A stretch of 63,761 bases of DNA from an uncultured Lachnospiraceae bacterium (GCA_900320325.1 ONRU01000003.1:1-63761); one strand, 5' to 3'. Counted from the first letter of the stretch, positions 26,777 through 38,957 are shown. The notes: generated from the letters alone by a model not told the origin. A program made the numbers and translations.

Positions 26777-26805
26777 TTGCAACTGGACAGGCGGAAAACT
26801 ATTAT
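26777..26805 (+). promoter_or_regulatory. sigmaA promoter of groESL
   Basis: TTGCAA-N17-TATTAT just upstream of CIRCE. Confidence 0.75.
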
Positions 26806-26816
26806 ACCTCATAGAG

Positions 26817-26843
26817 TTAGCACTCGACATGTTTGAGTGCTAA
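26817..26843. promoter_or_regulatory. CIRCE element (HrcA operator)
   Basis: Perfect TTAGCACTC-N9-GAGTGCTAA upstream of groES. Confidence 0.98.
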
Positions 26844-26917
26844 CAACCTGAAAAAATCAGCAAATCGCGTCCCACGGCAACCGTGAACGCATCATCTTCT
26901 CATAAGGAGGCAGAAAA

Positions 26918-27205
26918 ATGAAGTTAGTACCTTTAAGTGACAGAGTTGTCTTAAAGCAGCTTGAGGCGGAGACCACCACCAAATCCGGTATCGTTCTTCC
27001 CGGCCAGGACAAGGAAAAACCCCAGCAGGCGGAAGTCATCGCGGCAGGCCCCGGCGGTGTTGTAGACGGCAAGGAAGTTGTGATGCAGGTCAAGGCCGGC
27101 GACAAGGTCATTTATTCCAAATACGCGGGGACCGAAGTCAAGCTTGACGCCGAGAAATATATCATTGTCAAGCAGAGCGATATTCTCGCGATCATTGAGG
27201 ACTGA
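26918..27205 (+). CDS. groES: Co-chaperonin GroES
   Basis: LVPLSDRV, TKSGIVLP, KEKPQ, KYAGTEV. Confidence 0.98.
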   Translation: MKLVPLSDRVVLKQLEAETTTKSGIVLPGQDKEKPQQAEVIAAGPGGVVDGKEVVMQVKAGDKVIYSKYAGTEVKLDAEKYIIVKQSDILAIIED

Positions 27206-27228
27206 TCTCATTACAGACTGATTTATAA

Positions 27229-28866
<1,638 letters not shown>

Positions 28867-28898
28867 TCTGACAGCAGATACAGAAACAGATTTTTCGG

Positions 28899-28939
28899 AT
28901 CCTTCCGCGGGAGATTTTTCTCCCGCGGAAGGATTTTTT
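28899..28939 (+). terminator. Intrinsic terminator of groESL
   Basis: ATCCTTCCGCGGGAGA-tttt-TCTCCCGCGGAAGGAT plus T-tract. Confidence 0.9.
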
Positions 28940-28978
28940 GCCCTCCGGACGGGCCAGGCGCCTGTCTTCAGATTCTAT

Positions 28979-29007
28979 TTGACGAATCCTGCAAATAAGC
29001 ATATAAT
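28979..29007 (+). promoter_or_regulatory. sigmaA promoter of relA operon
   Basis: TTGACG-N17-TATAAT. Confidence 0.8.
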
Positions 29008-29051
29008 TTTCCATATTTAAATGTCAGATTATTTGTTATTTGAGGTTGATC

Positions 29052-31427
29052 ATGTCTGATATCAAAACGGGTAAAGAGCAGATGGATCCGGAGAGAAAAC
29101 AGACCGCCCAGACGGCGCCTCTTTCCTCTCCTGAGGAACAATGCGAATTTGACTACGGCAAAATTGAAAATGTCGGTGAATACGTAGGTCCCGAGGAACT
29201 GTACCAGGACCTGATCGAGCGCGTCCGCAGGTATCATCCTTCCGATGATATCTCCCTGATCGAAAAGGCCTACGCGGTCGCGGAGAAGGCCCATGAAGGG
29301 CAGAAGCGTAAATCCGGCCAGCCTTATATTGTCCATCCCCTGCAGGTGGCCATCATCCTGGCCGACCTGGAAATGGACAAGGAGACCATTGCCGGCGGGC
29401 TTCTCCATGATGTGGTCGAAGATACCTTCTTTACCAAAGAGCAGCTGGAACGGGAATTCGGACCGGACGTAGCCCTGCTGGTCGACGGAGTCACCAAGCT
29501 GCAGAAGCTCAAATATTCGAGCGATTACCAGGAATACAAGGATAAGGGCATGGAGGCCCAGGAGGAGCAGGCCAGGAACCTGCGCAAGATGTTCCTCGCC
29601 ATGGCCAAGGATATCCGGATCATCATGATCAAACTGGCGGACCGCCTCCATAATATGCGTACCCTGGGGCATATGCGGCCGGACAAGCAGCTGCGGATCT
29701 CCCAGGAGACCCTGGATATCTACAGTCCTATTGCTTCCAGGCTGGGCATTTCCAGGATCAAGGTCGAACTGGACGACCTGGCCCTCAAATATCTGCATCC
29801 GGAAGTATATTATGATCTGGCTGAGAAGGTGGCCAGGCGCAAGGACGAACGGGAGAGATACGTCCAGGAGATCGCGGCCCAGGTCAGAAAGCATATCGCC
29901 GGCGCCGGCATAGAAGGCAAGGTCGACGGCAGGGTCAAGCATTTCTTCAGTATCTATAAAAAGATGGTCAATCAGGGCAAGACCCTGGACCAGATCTACG
30001 ATCTGTTCGCGGTACGGATCATCGTAAATTCGATCCGTGACTGCTACGCGGCCCTGGGCATTATCCACGAGCTCTATGTGCCGGTCCCCGGCAGGTTCAA
30101 GGACTATATCGCCATGCCCAAGGCCAATATGTACCAGTCCCTGCATACCACCCTGATCGGACCCGGCGGAGAGCCCTTCGAGATCCAGATCCGGACCTTT
30201 GAGATGCACAGAGCGGCGGAATATGGTATCGCCGCCCACTGGAAATATAAGGAAGCCTCCGACGGCAAAAAACAGGATACCCAGGAAGAAGAGAAGCTGG
30301 TCTGGCTGCGCCAGATCCTGGAATGGCAGCAGGACATGTCCGACAACAAGGAATTCATGAACCTGCTCAAGAGCGACCTGGACCTGTTCTCGGACAGTGT
30401 ATACTGCTTCACGCCCAGAGGCGAGGTCAAGAACCTCAAGGCCGGCTCCACCCCCATTGACTTTGCCTATGCCATCCATTCCGCTGTCGGCAACCGCATG
30501 GTCGGCGCCAAGGTCAACGGCAAGCAGGTCAAGATCGACTATAAGATCAAGAACGGTGACCGGGTCGAGGTCATTACCTCCCCCAACTCCAAGGGACCCA
30601 GTCTGGACTGGCTGGGCATCGTGGCCAGCGCTTCCACCAGGAACAAGATCAACCAGTGGTTCCGCAAGGAACTCAAGGAAGATAATATCATCAAGGGCAA
30701 GGACCTGCTGGCCCAGTACTGTAAATCCAGGGGGCTGACGCTTTCCTCCCTGTTAAAGCCCGGCTATCAGGAGACCGTCATGAAGAAGTACGGTTTCCGC
30801 GACTGGGATTCCGTCATGGCCGCCATCGGACACGGGGGCCTCAAGGAAGGACAGGTAGCCAACAAACTGGCAGAGCTCTATGAGCAGGACCACCAGAAGC
30901 AGCTTACCGATGAGGAAGTCCTGCGCAAGGTCCAGGAGAATGTGCCCAAGGCCCGTACCAAAGCCCAGAACGCCATTGTGGTCAAGGGCGTCCATGATGT
31001 GGCGGTGCGTTTTTCCAAGTGCTGCAACCCGGTGCCCGGGGATGAGATCGTCGGTTTCGTGACCAGGGGCAGGGGCATTTCCATCCACCGCAGGGACTGC
31101 GTCAATGTCAGCAGCCTGCCCGAGGAGGACCGGGGCCGGATCATTGAAGCGACCTGGTCGGAGGATTCCGGCCAGTCCGGCAGCGAAGGCTTCATGGCGG
31201 AGGTCAATATCTACGCCAATGACCGCAGCGGCCTGCTCAATGACATCACCCGCCTGTTCGCGGAGGCGGATATCAACATCCTCCGCCTGAATACCATGAC
31301 CAGCAAACAGCGGATCGCCACCATCACCATCGGCTTTGAGATCGAGAACCGTCAGCAGCTGACCGATATCGTCGGCAGGCTGATCAATGTAAAGGACGTA
31401 CAGGCAGTCAAGAGAACCAACGGCTGA
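29052..31427 (+). CDS. relA: Bifunctional (p)ppGpp synthetase/hydrolase Rel
   Basis: HD hydrolase LLHDVVEDT, KLADRLHNMRT, RFKDY, YQSLHT, EIQIRT, TGS DFAYAIH, ZFD/ACT C-terminus. Confidence 0.97.
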   Translation: MSDIKTGKEQMDPERKQTAQTAPLSSPEEQCEFDYGKIENVGEYVGPEELYQDLIERVRRYHPSDDISLIEKAYAVAEKAHEGQKRKSGQPYIVHPLQVAIILADLEMDKETIAGGLLHDVVEDTFFTKEQLEREFGPDVALLVDGVTKLQKLKYSSDYQEYKDKGMEAQEEQARNLRKMFLAMAKDIRIIMIKLADRLHNMRTLGHMRPDKQLRISQETLDIYSPIASRLGISRIKVELDDLALKYLHPEVYYDLAEKVARRKDERERYVQEIAAQVRKHIAGAGIEGKVDGRVKHFFSIYKKMVNQGKTLDQIYDLFAVRIIVNSIRDCYAALGIIHELYVPVPGRFKDYIAMPKANMYQSLHTTLIGPGGEPFEIQIRTFEMHRAAEYGIAAHWKYKEASDGKKQDTQEEEKLVWLRQILEWQQDMSDNKEFMNLLKSDLDLFSDSVYCFTPRGEVKNLKAGSTPIDFAYAIHSAVGNRMVGAKVNGKQVKIDYKIKNGDRVEVITSPNSKGPSLDWLGIVASASTRNKINQWFRKELKEDNIIKGKDLLAQYCKSRGLTLSSLLKPGYQETVMKKYGFRDWDSVMAAIGHGGLKEGQVANKLAELYEQDHQKQLTDEEVLRKVQENVPKARTKAQNAIVVKGVHDVAVRFSKCCNPVPGDEIVGFVTRGRGISIHRRDCVNVSSLPEEDRGRIIEATWSEDSGQSGSEGFMAEVNIYANDRSGLLNDITRLFAEADINILRLNTMTSKQRIATITIGFEIENRQQLTDIVGRLINVKDVQAVKRTNG

Positions 31428-31442
31428 GGCCGCGGAGAGAAT

Positions 31443-32075
31443 ATGGAAACAAATCTTGTTATAAGCAGCTATGTGGTCGGCATGGTCCAGACCAATTTCT
31501 ACTATATGCATCTGAAGGATTCCGCGGAGACCATCGTCTTTGATCCTGCCGATCTGGGGGACAGGATCTGGGAAGCCCTGCATGCCCAGGGGCTGGAGGT
31601 CCGCGCGATCTTTCTGACCCACGCCCACTTTGACCATATCGGCGGTGTGGAGGCCCTGAAGGCTAAGACCGGCGCCCCGGTCTACTGCAGTGAGGATGAG
31701 AAGCGGCTCTGCAAATCTCCTGCCATGAACAGTTCCTCGGAATACGGAAAGCCGGTCACCATCGAACCGGATATCTGGCTGACCGAGGGAGAGGAAGTCA
31801 CCATTGGCGGCATCACGGTCAAAATGATCAAGACCCCGGGCCACACCGAGGGCAGCTGCTGCTACTATATTGAGAGCGAAGGCATTCTGGTCTGCGGAGA
31901 TACCCTTTTTGAGATGTCCGTGGGCAGGACGGATTTCCCGACGGGATCCTTCCCCACCCTGGTCTCCTCGATCCGGAACAAGCTCTTTAAGCTGCCGGAC
32001 GAGACTGTATGTCTGCCGGGACACGGGGGCACCACAACGATCGGGTTTGAAAAACAGCATAACGCGTTCGTATGA
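31443..32075 (+). CDS. MBL-fold metallo-hydrolase (glyoxalase II/YcbL-like)
   Basis: THAHFDHIG, TPGHT, GDTLF-x-x-SVGRTDF, PGHG. Confidence 0.93.
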   Translation: METNLVISSYVVGMVQTNFYYMHLKDSAETIVFDPADLGDRIWEALHAQGLEVRAIFLTHAHFDHIGGVEALKAKTGAPVYCSEDEKRLCKSPAMNSSSEYGKPVTIEPDIWLTEGEEVTIGGITVKMIKTPGHTEGSCCYYIESEGILVCGDTLFEMSVGRTDFPTGSFPTLVSSIRNKLFKLPDETVCLPGHGGTTTIGFEKQHNAFV

Positions 32076-32084
32076 CCTGCGGGT

Positions 32085-32173
32085 CAGCGTTCCTGCAGCG
32101 TTTGAACAGCGTTTGCATATTGTTTTTGACAGCGTTTTGAAAACGTTCTGACATTGTATGATCAGCGTTTTTG
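32085..32173 (+). repeat. Degenerate tandem array, 8 x ~11 bp, consensus CAGCGTTTTGA
   Basis: cagcgttcctg/cagcgtttgaa/cagcgtttgca/tattgtttttga/cagcgttttga/aaacgttctga/cattgtatgat/cagcgtttttg. Confidence 0.85.
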
Positions 32174-32253
32174 TATCACAGAGTAATAATGCGTGATAAA
32201 GCAGGCGGCCGCCTGCTTTATCTATGTGTAAAATTTTGGAGATAATAGCAGTT

Positions 32254-33714
32254 ATGATCGCAGCCGTAAATATTGAATTATACAGATATGAGATCCATTC
32301 CCTGCTCAAGGCCTTCTATCCGGAAGAGGATGTCCGGGTCGTGGTCACAGGGCAGGAGCCCAGAAAGAAAAAGGATCTGGGAAGTCCCTGGATCTATATA
32401 GATTACGAGGAGGACAGCATCCGCGTCAGGATCCCGGAAGAGGACCGGTCCGCCGCGCTGCGGGCGCCGGCAGGGGACAACTACGCTGCCAAAGGACCTG
32501 CCTGCAAGGCGGCCCTGAAGCACCTTCTCTACGATTTCCTCTGCGCCTATACCGGAAAGAGCCTGCCCTGGGGCGAGCTGATCGGCATCCGGCCTACCAA
32601 GATCGCCATGCAGCACATGGCGGCGGGGGCGTCGGCGGAGGAGACGGCTGCCTATATGGAAAAAGAATTCCGGGTCAGCCGGGAAAAGTCCCTGCTGGCA
32701 GTGGACATCGCGGAGCGGGAGCGGAGGATCCTGTCGGATATTCATTATAAGGATGGATACAGCCTCTACGTAGGCGTCCCCTTCTGTCCGACCACCTGTC
32801 TTTACTGTTCCTTCACGTCCTTTCCCATCGCCGCCTGGCGGGAACGGGTGGACGCTTATCTGGACGCCCTGATCCGGGAGATCCGGGAAACATCCGGCCT
32901 GATGAAAGACAGGATCCTGGATACTGTCTATATCGGCGGCGGGACCCCCACCACCCTGGAGCCGGACCAGCTGGACCGGCTGCTGACGGCCATTGAGACC
33001 TGGTTCCCCATGGACAGGATCCAGGAATTCACCGTGGAAGCCGGCCGCCCCGACAGCATCACGGCGGAAAAGCTGCGGACCCTGCACCGCCATAAGATCA
33101 CCAGGATCAGCGTCAATCCCCAGACCATGAAGGAGGAGACCCTGAAGATCATCGGCCGCCGCCATACGGTGGACCAGACCGTGGAGGCCTTCCGCCTGGC
33201 CAGGCAGGAGGGTTTTGACAACATCAACATGGATATTATCCTGGGCCTGCCGGAGGAGACGCCGGAGGATGTGGCGGAGACGATCCGCCGGATCGAAGCG
33301 CTGGATCCCGATTCCCTGACCGTCCATTCCCTGGCGGTCAAGCGGGCCTCCCGCCTGCAGCAGTGGATCGAGCAGAACGGCTTCTCCGCCCTCAACAATA
33401 CCGACGAATCCATGCGGATCGCCGCGGAGGGAGCCGCCCGCATGGACATGGTCCCCTATTATCTCTACCGGCAGAAGAATATGTCCGGCAACTTTGAGAA
33501 CGTGGGATATGCCAGGGAAGGCAAATACGGGATCTACAACATTCTGATCATGGAGGAGACCCAGTCCATCCTGGCTCTGGGCGCCGGCAGCATCTCCAAG
33601 GCCCTCTTCGAAAACGGCCGGATCGAACGGGCTGACAACTGCAAGGACGTGGCTACTTATATCGAGACCATAGAGGAAATGATCGCCCGCAAGCGGCGTC
33701 TGTTCGGCCCGTGA
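32254..33714 (+). CDS. hemZ: HemZ, HemN-like radical SAM protein
   Basis: LPWG-x-L-x-GIRPTK, CPTTCLYCSF (CxxxCxxC), YIGGGTPT, EAGRPD, PYYLYRQK. Confidence 0.92.
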   Translation: MIAAVNIELYRYEIHSLLKAFYPEEDVRVVVTGQEPRKKKDLGSPWIYIDYEEDSIRVRIPEEDRSAALRAPAGDNYAAKGPACKAALKHLLYDFLCAYTGKSLPWGELIGIRPTKIAMQHMAAGASAEETAAYMEKEFRVSREKSLLAVDIAERERRILSDIHYKDGYSLYVGVPFCPTTCLYCSFTSFPIAAWRERVDAYLDALIREIRETSGLMKDRILDTVYIGGGTPTTLEPDQLDRLLTAIETWFPMDRIQEFTVEAGRPDSITAEKLRTLHRHKITRISVNPQTMKEETLKIIGRRHTVDQTVEAFRLARQEGFDNINMDIILGLPEETPEDVAETIRRIEALDPDSLTVHSLAVKRASRLQQWIEQNGFSALNNTDESMRIAAEGAARMDMVPYYLYRQKNMSGNFENVGYAREGKYGIYNILIMEETQSILALGAGSISKALFENGRIERADNCKDVATYIETIEEMIARKRRLFGP

Positions 33715-33754
33715 CGCTTTTTTGAACAAGTCGGAAAAAATATAAAAATACTGC

Positions 33755-33783
33755 TTGAAAATTGCGGGGAAATAAGGTATCGT
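33755..33783 (+). promoter_or_regulatory. Candidate sigmaA promoter of topA-codY
   Basis: TTGAAA-N17-TATCGT. Confidence 0.5.
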
Positions 33784-33838
33784 AGAGTGCGTTTGTGGCA
33801 AAACCGGCCAAATTATCAGACAATAACATGAGGAAATT

Positions 33839-35977
33839 ATGGCAGCAGCTGTAAGAAAGAAAAAGAAGAATCTTGTCATCGTGGAGTCTCCCGCCAAGGT
33901 GAAGACCATCAAGAAATTCCTTGGCTCCAATTATGAAGTCGCGGCCAGCAACGGCCATGTGCGCGACATGCCCAAGAGCCAGATGGGAATCGACTTTGAC
34001 AACGATTATGAACCCAAATATATCACCATCCGCGGCAAGGGCGAGCTCCTGGCCGGACTCCGGAAAATGGTCAAAAAGGCCGACCGGATCTATCTGGCGA
34101 CCGACCCGGACCGCGAAGGAGAGGCCATTTCCTGGCATCTGATCGCGGCCCTCAAGCTGGGTGACTTCAAGGATAAGGAAGTCTACCGGATCACCTTCAA
34201 CGAGATCACCAAAAAGGCGGTTTCCGAATCCCTGAAGAACGCCCGGGAGATCGACATGAACCTGGTCGATGCCCAGCAGGCCCGCCGGGTCCTGGACCGT
34301 ATGGTCGGCTACCGCATCTCCCCCCTGCTCTGGGCAAAAGTCAAACGGGGCCTGTCCGCGGGCAGGGTTCAGTCTGTTGCCCTGCGTATGATCGGGGACC
34401 GGGAGGAGGAGATCAACTCCTTTATTCCCGAGGAGTACTGGAGCCTGGACGCCGAACTGGCCGTTCAGGGAGAGAAGAAGCCCCTCCTGGCCCATTATTA
34501 CGGCCGGGTCGGCGATAACGGCAAGGCAGAGAAGGCTGTGGTCAGCAACAGTGGGGAAATGGATGCCCTGCTGGCAGGCATGGAAGAAGCCGAATGGCAG
34601 ATCACCGAGGTCAGAAAGTCGGAGCGGACCCGCAAGGCCCCCCTTCCTTTTACCACCTCGACCCTGCAGCAGGAGGCCAGCAAAGTACTGAATTTCTCCA
34701 CCTCCAAGACCATGCGGATCGCCCAGCAGCTCTATGAAGGCATAGAGATCAAGGGCCAGGGCACGGTAGCCTTTATCACCTACCTGCGTACCGATTCCAC
34801 CAGAGTATCGGACGAGGCCCAGGCATCCGCCGCCGCGTATATTGAGGAAAACTACGGTAAGGAATACCTGGCCACCGAGGAGAGCGCCTCCAAAAAGCAG
34901 ACCAAGATCCAGGACGCCCATGAAGCCATCCGGCCTACGGACATCTCCCGGACGCCCGCTTCCATGAAGGACGCTGTCTCCAGAGACCAGTACCGTCTCT
35001 ACCAGCTGATCTGGAAACGCTTCACCGCCAGTCGCATGAGCGCCGCCAGATTCGAGGCCACCCAGGTCCGGATCTGTGCCCGGGGCAGAGACGGCCGCCA
35101 GGAGCTGTTCACCGTATCGGCCCAGCGGCAGCTGTTCGACGGCTACCAGAGCGTATATACACTGGATGAGGACAAGGCCAAAAGTCCGGTCCTGTCCGGG
35201 ACCCTGGACCGGGACAGCGTCCTGACCCTGACAGAGTTCCTGCCCAAACAGCATTTCACCCAGCCGGCCCCCCATTATACGGAGGCTTCCCTGGTAAGGG
35301 CCCTGGAGGAACAGGGCATCGGCCGTCCCAGTACCTATGCCCCGACCATTTCCACCATTCTGGCCAGGCATTATATTGTCAAGGAGGATAAAAACCTCTA
35401 TATGACAGAGCTGGGAGAAGCGGTCAATAAGATCATGAAGAATTCATTTCCTTCCATCGTCAACCCTGAATTCACCGCCAACATGGAAAGCCTGCTGGAC
35501 GGTGTGGCGGAAGGAACCGTCAAATGGAAGACCGTGGTGGAGAATTTCTACCCCGATCTGGACGAAGCGGTCAGCCATGCGGAAAAGGAGCTGGAGAAGG
35601 TCAGCATTGCCGACGAGGAATCGGATGAGATCTGCGAGAACTGCGGCCGGACCATGGTCATCAAATACGGTCCCCACGGCCGTTTCCTGGCCTGCCCCGG
35701 TTTTCCCGAGTGCCACAATACCAAACCTTATTTTGAAAAGATCGGCGTCAGCTGTCCCAAATGCGGAAAAGATATCGTTGTCCGCAAGACCAAGAAAGGC
35801 CGCCGCTACTACGGCTGTATTTCCATACCGGAATGTGATTTCATGGTATGGCAGAAGCCTTCCGCGACCCCCTGCCCCCGCTGCGGCTCCCTGATGCTGG
35901 AGAAAGGACGTAAACTGGTCTGCAGCCAGGCGGACTGCGGCTATGTCATGGAAAAACCCGAGGAACAGGATTCATAA
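33839..35977 (+). CDS. topA: DNA topoisomerase I
   Basis: LVIVESPAK, ATDPDREGEAI, SAGRVQS, ITYLRTDS (catalytic Tyr), GIGRPSTY, three C-terminal Zn ribbons. Confidence 0.98.
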   Translation: MAAAVRKKKKNLVIVESPAKVKTIKKFLGSNYEVAASNGHVRDMPKSQMGIDFDNDYEPKYITIRGKGELLAGLRKMVKKADRIYLATDPDREGEAISWHLIAALKLGDFKDKEVYRITFNEITKKAVSESLKNAREIDMNLVDAQQARRVLDRMVGYRISPLLWAKVKRGLSAGRVQSVALRMIGDREEEINSFIPEEYWSLDAELAVQGEKKPLLAHYYGRVGDNGKAEKAVVSNSGEMDALLAGMEEAEWQITEVRKSERTRKAPLPFTTSTLQQEASKVLNFSTSKTMRIAQQLYEGIEIKGQGTVAFITYLRTDSTRVSDEAQASAAAYIEENYGKEYLATEESASKKQTKIQDAHEAIRPTDISRTPASMKDAVSRDQYRLYQLIWKRFTASRMSAARFEATQVRICARGRDGRQELFTVSAQRQLFDGYQSVYTLDEDKAKSPVLSGTLDRDSVLTLTEFLPKQHFTQPAPHYTEASLVRALEEQGIGRPSTYAPTISTILARHYIVKEDKNLYMTELGEAVNKIMKNSFPSIVNPEFTANMESLLDGVAEGTVKWKTVVENFYPDLDEAVSHAEKELEKVSIADEESDEICENCGRTMVIKYGPHGRFLACPGFPECHNTKPYFEKIGVSCPKCGKDIVVRKTKKGRRYYGCISIPECDFMVWQKPSATPCPRCGSLMLEKGRKLVCSQADCGYVMEKPEEQDS

Positions 35978-36008
35978 ACAGAAAGCGTAATAGGAAAGGA
36001 TCATAAAA

Positions 36009-36806
36009 GTGAACGGATCACAAATGATGAACAATGTAATGCTTCTCGACAATACCCGCAAGATCGAGAAGCTGCTGCATAATAACACAGGCAAGGTCAT
36101 TTTCAATGACATATGTGAAGTGATGAGCGATATCCTCCGCTCCAACATGCTTGTGATCAGCAAAAAGGGAAAAGTCCTGGGCTACGGGGAAAATGAACAT
36201 GTCATGCCGGTCGGCGAGCTCATCAATGATCAGGTCGGCTCCTTTGTGGATGAAGCCCTCAATGAGCGTTTCCTGGGCATCCTTTCCACCAATGAGAACA
36301 TTCAGCTGGGCACACTGGGCTTCCTGCAGGACGACGCCCTCAAGACCGGGATCGTAGCGCCCATCGGCATCGCCGGCGAGCGTCTGGGCACAGTCTTCCT
36401 TTACAAGAATGAGGAAAAATACGATATCGACGATATCATCCTGTGCGAGTACGGCACCACTGTCGTGAGCCTGGAAATGCTCCGGGCGGTCACAGAGGAG
36501 ACCGCGGAAGAGAACCGAAAGATCTCCGTCGTCCGTTCCGCCATCGGCACCCTCAGCTATACCGAGATGCACGCCATCGTCCATATCTTTGAGGAACTCA
36601 ACGGCACCGAGGGCATACTGGTGGCCAGCAAGATCGCCGACAAGGCCGGGATCACCAGAAGTGTGGTCGTCAACGCCCTGCGCAAGTTCGAATCCGCGGG
36701 CGTGATCGAATCCAGATCCTCCGGCATGAAGGGCACCTATATCAAGGTCCTCAACGACGCCATCTACAGCGAGCTGGACGAGCTGCGCAGACAGGTCAGC
36801 CTCTGA
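36009..36806 (+). CDS. codY: Global transcriptional repressor CodY
   Basis: wHTH LVASKIADKAGITRSVVVNALRKFESAGVIESRSSGMKGT; start could be GTG 36009 or a nearby ATG. Confidence 0.96.
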   Translation: MNGSQMMNNVMLLDNTRKIEKLLHNNTGKVIFNDICEVMSDILRSNMLVISKKGKVLGYGENEHVMPVGELINDQVGSFVDEALNERFLGILSTNENIQLGTLGFLQDDALKTGIVAPIGIAGERLGTVFLYKNEEKYDIDDIILCEYGTTVVSLEMLRAVTEETAEENRKISVVRSAIGTLSYTEMHAIVHIFEELNGTEGILVASKIADKAGITRSVVVNALRKFESAGVIESRSSGMKGTYIKVLNDAIYSELDELRRQVSL

Positions 36807-36914
36807 CCGGACCGGCCGGAAAGACCCTTCCGGCAGCTTTTCAGACAGGTCCGCGGCCGGTCTGATCCATGCGCCGCGGGTCTTTATAAAAGTAAAAATA
36901 TAGCCGGCAGCCGC

Positions 36915-36943
36915 TTGCGTAACGCTGCCAGCTATGTTAAAAT
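36915..36943 (+). promoter_or_regulatory. sigmaA promoter of rpsB-tsf
   Basis: TTGCGT-N17-TAAAAT with extended TG. Confidence 0.7.
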
Positions 36944-36960
36944 AACGAAGTTGTGACTAT

Positions 36961-37075
36961 AAAACACGTATTCCGTACAGATGCCGGTGCCTGCCCCTGG
37001 CAGGTGGCAAGATCCTTCAGGACCCGGAAGGGAATCATTCTGCAGACGGGATACGGAAGAAAAACCACATGGAGG
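36961..37075 (+). ncRNA. rpsB 5' leader (S2 autoregulatory RNA, t44-like)
   Basis: AACACGTATTCCGT ... GGTGCC ... ACGGGATACGGAAG; closing helix CGTATTCCGT/ACGGGATACG and GGUGCC core resemble known rpsB leaders. Confidence 0.8.
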
Positions 37076-37082
37076 AAAAAAC

Positions 37083-37853
37083 ATGAGCGTTGTAACAATG
37101 AAACAGTTACTGGAGGCAGGTGTCCATTTCGGTCACCAGACAAGACGTTGGAACCCCAAGATGGCTCCTTACATCTTCACCGAGAGAAACGGCATCCACA
37201 TCATCGATCTGCAGAAGTCCGTTATCAAGGTAGATGAGGCCTATCAGGCAGTATTCCAGATCGCCGAGCAGGGCGGCACAGTCCTTTTCGTAGGTACCAA
37301 GAAGCAGGCCCAGGACGCCGTCAGGGCGGAAGCGGAGCGCTGCGGTATGTTCTATGTCAACGAGAGATGGCTGGGCGGCATGCTGACCAACTTCAAGACC
37401 ATCCAGTCCCGTATCGAGCGTCTTGACAAGATCGACCAGATGGAAGCTGACGGCACCTTCGAAGTACTTCCCAAGAAGGAAGTTGCCAAACTGCAGAAGG
37501 AGCAGGAGAAGCTGCAGAGGAACCTGGGCGGTATCCGCAAGATGACCCGTATTCCCGACGCGATCTTCGTAGTAGATCCCAAGAAGGAAAGAATCTGCGT
37601 AGCGGAAGCGCACACACTGGGCATTACCCTGATCGGTATCGGCGACACCAACTGTGATCCCGAAGAGCTCGATTATGTCATCCCCGGCAACGACGACGCG
37701 ATCCGCGCGGTCAAGCTGATCTGCGGCAAGATGGCAGACGCTGTCATCGAGGCAAAGCAGGGTGAAGAGAACATCGACGCCAGCCAGCAGGACGCCCTCG
37801 CGGCTGAATCCGCCGCAAGCGAAGCCGAGCAGGCAGCAGAGGGAACTCTGTAA
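37083..37853 (+). CDS. rpsB: 30S ribosomal protein S2
   Basis: [39 protein letters not shown]. Confidence 0.99.
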   Translation: MSVVTMKQLLEAGVHFGHQTRRWNPKMAPYIFTERNGIHIIDLQKSVIKVDEAYQAVFQIAEQGGTVLFVGTKKQAQDAVRAEAERCGMFYVNERWLGGMLTNFKTIQSRIERLDKIDQMEADGTFEVLPKKEVAKLQKEQEKLQRNLGGIRKMTRIPDAIFVVDPKKERICVAEAHTLGITLIGIGDTNCDPEELDYVIPGNDDAIRAVKLICGKMADAVIEAKQGEENIDASQQDALAAESAASEAEQAAEGTL

Positions 37854-37958
37854 TCAGACAGCCGCCGGACGGCGGCTCCCAGGCAACGTAATAAAGCCGG
37901 ATGCACGGCTGTGTGTCCGGCTTGAATTTGATAAAGGATAATGAGTGAGGTAAGGATT

Positions 37959-38906
37959 ATGGCAATTACAGCGAAACAGGTTAAACAGTTAAGAGATATG
38001 ACCGGTTCCGGTATGATGGATTGCAAAAAGGCTCTGACAGAGACCAACGGCGATATGGACGCTGCTGTTGAGTATCTCAGAAAGCGCGGACAGGCCAAGG
38101 CTGAGAAGAAGGCCAGCAGGATCGCCGCTGAAGGTATCTGCATGATCGCCGCCGACGGCAATCAGAAGGCAGCTGTTGTCGAAGTCAACTCTGAGACAGA
38201 CTTCGTTGCCCAGAACGACAAGTTCCGGACTTATGTAGCCAAGGTAGCCAATCAGGCTCTGAACAGCGACGCGGCTGACATGGACGCGTTCATGGCAGAA
38301 GCATGGGCTGAGGATCCTTCCAAGACCGTTAAGGACGCTCTGGTAGATATGATCGCTGTCATCAGCGAGAAGCTGAGCATCCGCAGATTCGAGAAGGTTA
38401 CCGCTGAGAACGGCATGCTGGCCACCTATGTACACGGCGGCGGCAGGATCGGCGTTATCATCGATGCTGAGACAGCAGTCTGCAACGACGCGATCGCCGA
38501 GGCTCTGCAGAACATCGCCATGCAGGTAGCCGCTATGTCTCCCAAGTATGTCTCCCAGGATGAGATCCCTCAGTCCTACAGAGACCACGAGAAGGAGATC
38601 CTTCTGGCCCAGGCCATCGAAGAGAACAACAAGCTTCCTGAGAACAAGAGGAAACCCCAGAACATCATCGAGAAGATGCTCATCGGCAGACTCAACAAGC
38701 AGTTCAAGGAAATCTGCCTGAACGACCAGGTCTATGTAAAGGCTGAGGACGGCAAGCAGTCTGTAGGCAAGTATCTTGAGCAGGTCGGCAAGGCCAACGG
38801 TACTGCTCTGAAGATCAAAAAGTTCGTCCGTTTCGAGACCGGCGAAGGTATCGAGAAGAGACAGGACAACTTCGCGGAAGAAGTTATGGCACAGGTCAAG
38901 GGCTGA
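37959..38906 (+). CDS. tsf: Elongation factor Ts
   Basis: VKQLRDMTGSGMMDCKKAL, EVNSETDFVA, RFETGEGIEK. Confidence 0.98.
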   Translation: MAITAKQVKQLRDMTGSGMMDCKKALTETNGDMDAAVEYLRKRGQAKAEKKASRIAAEGICMIAADGNQKAAVVEVNSETDFVAQNDKFRTYVAKVANQALNSDAADMDAFMAEAWAEDPSKTVKDALVDMIAVISEKLSIRRFEKVTAENGMLATYVHGGGRIGVIIDAETAVCNDAIAEALQNIAMQVAAMSPKYVSQDEIPQSYRDHEKEILLAQAIEENNKLPENKRKPQNIIEKMLIGRLNKQFKEICLNDQVYVKAEDGKQSVGKYLEQVGKANGTALKIKKFVRFETGEGIEKRQDNFAEEVMAQVKG

Positions 38907-38957
38907 TCCGCTGACTGAAAGAGCAGAACTGCAGTAAAGCTGAAAAAACGCGAAAAC

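Noticed and set aside
26550-26843. 97-aa Cys-containing ORF with a GG after the NHLM exporter as a candidate precursor
   Set aside because: It runs through the terminator, A-tracts, groES promoter and CIRCE, has no acidic ELxxxEL leader and no clear SD
32254-33714. Radical SAM genes hemZ, rimO and hemW as maturases for the orphan exporter
   Set aside because: All are housekeeping types in their usual contexts and lack SPASM or RRE domains
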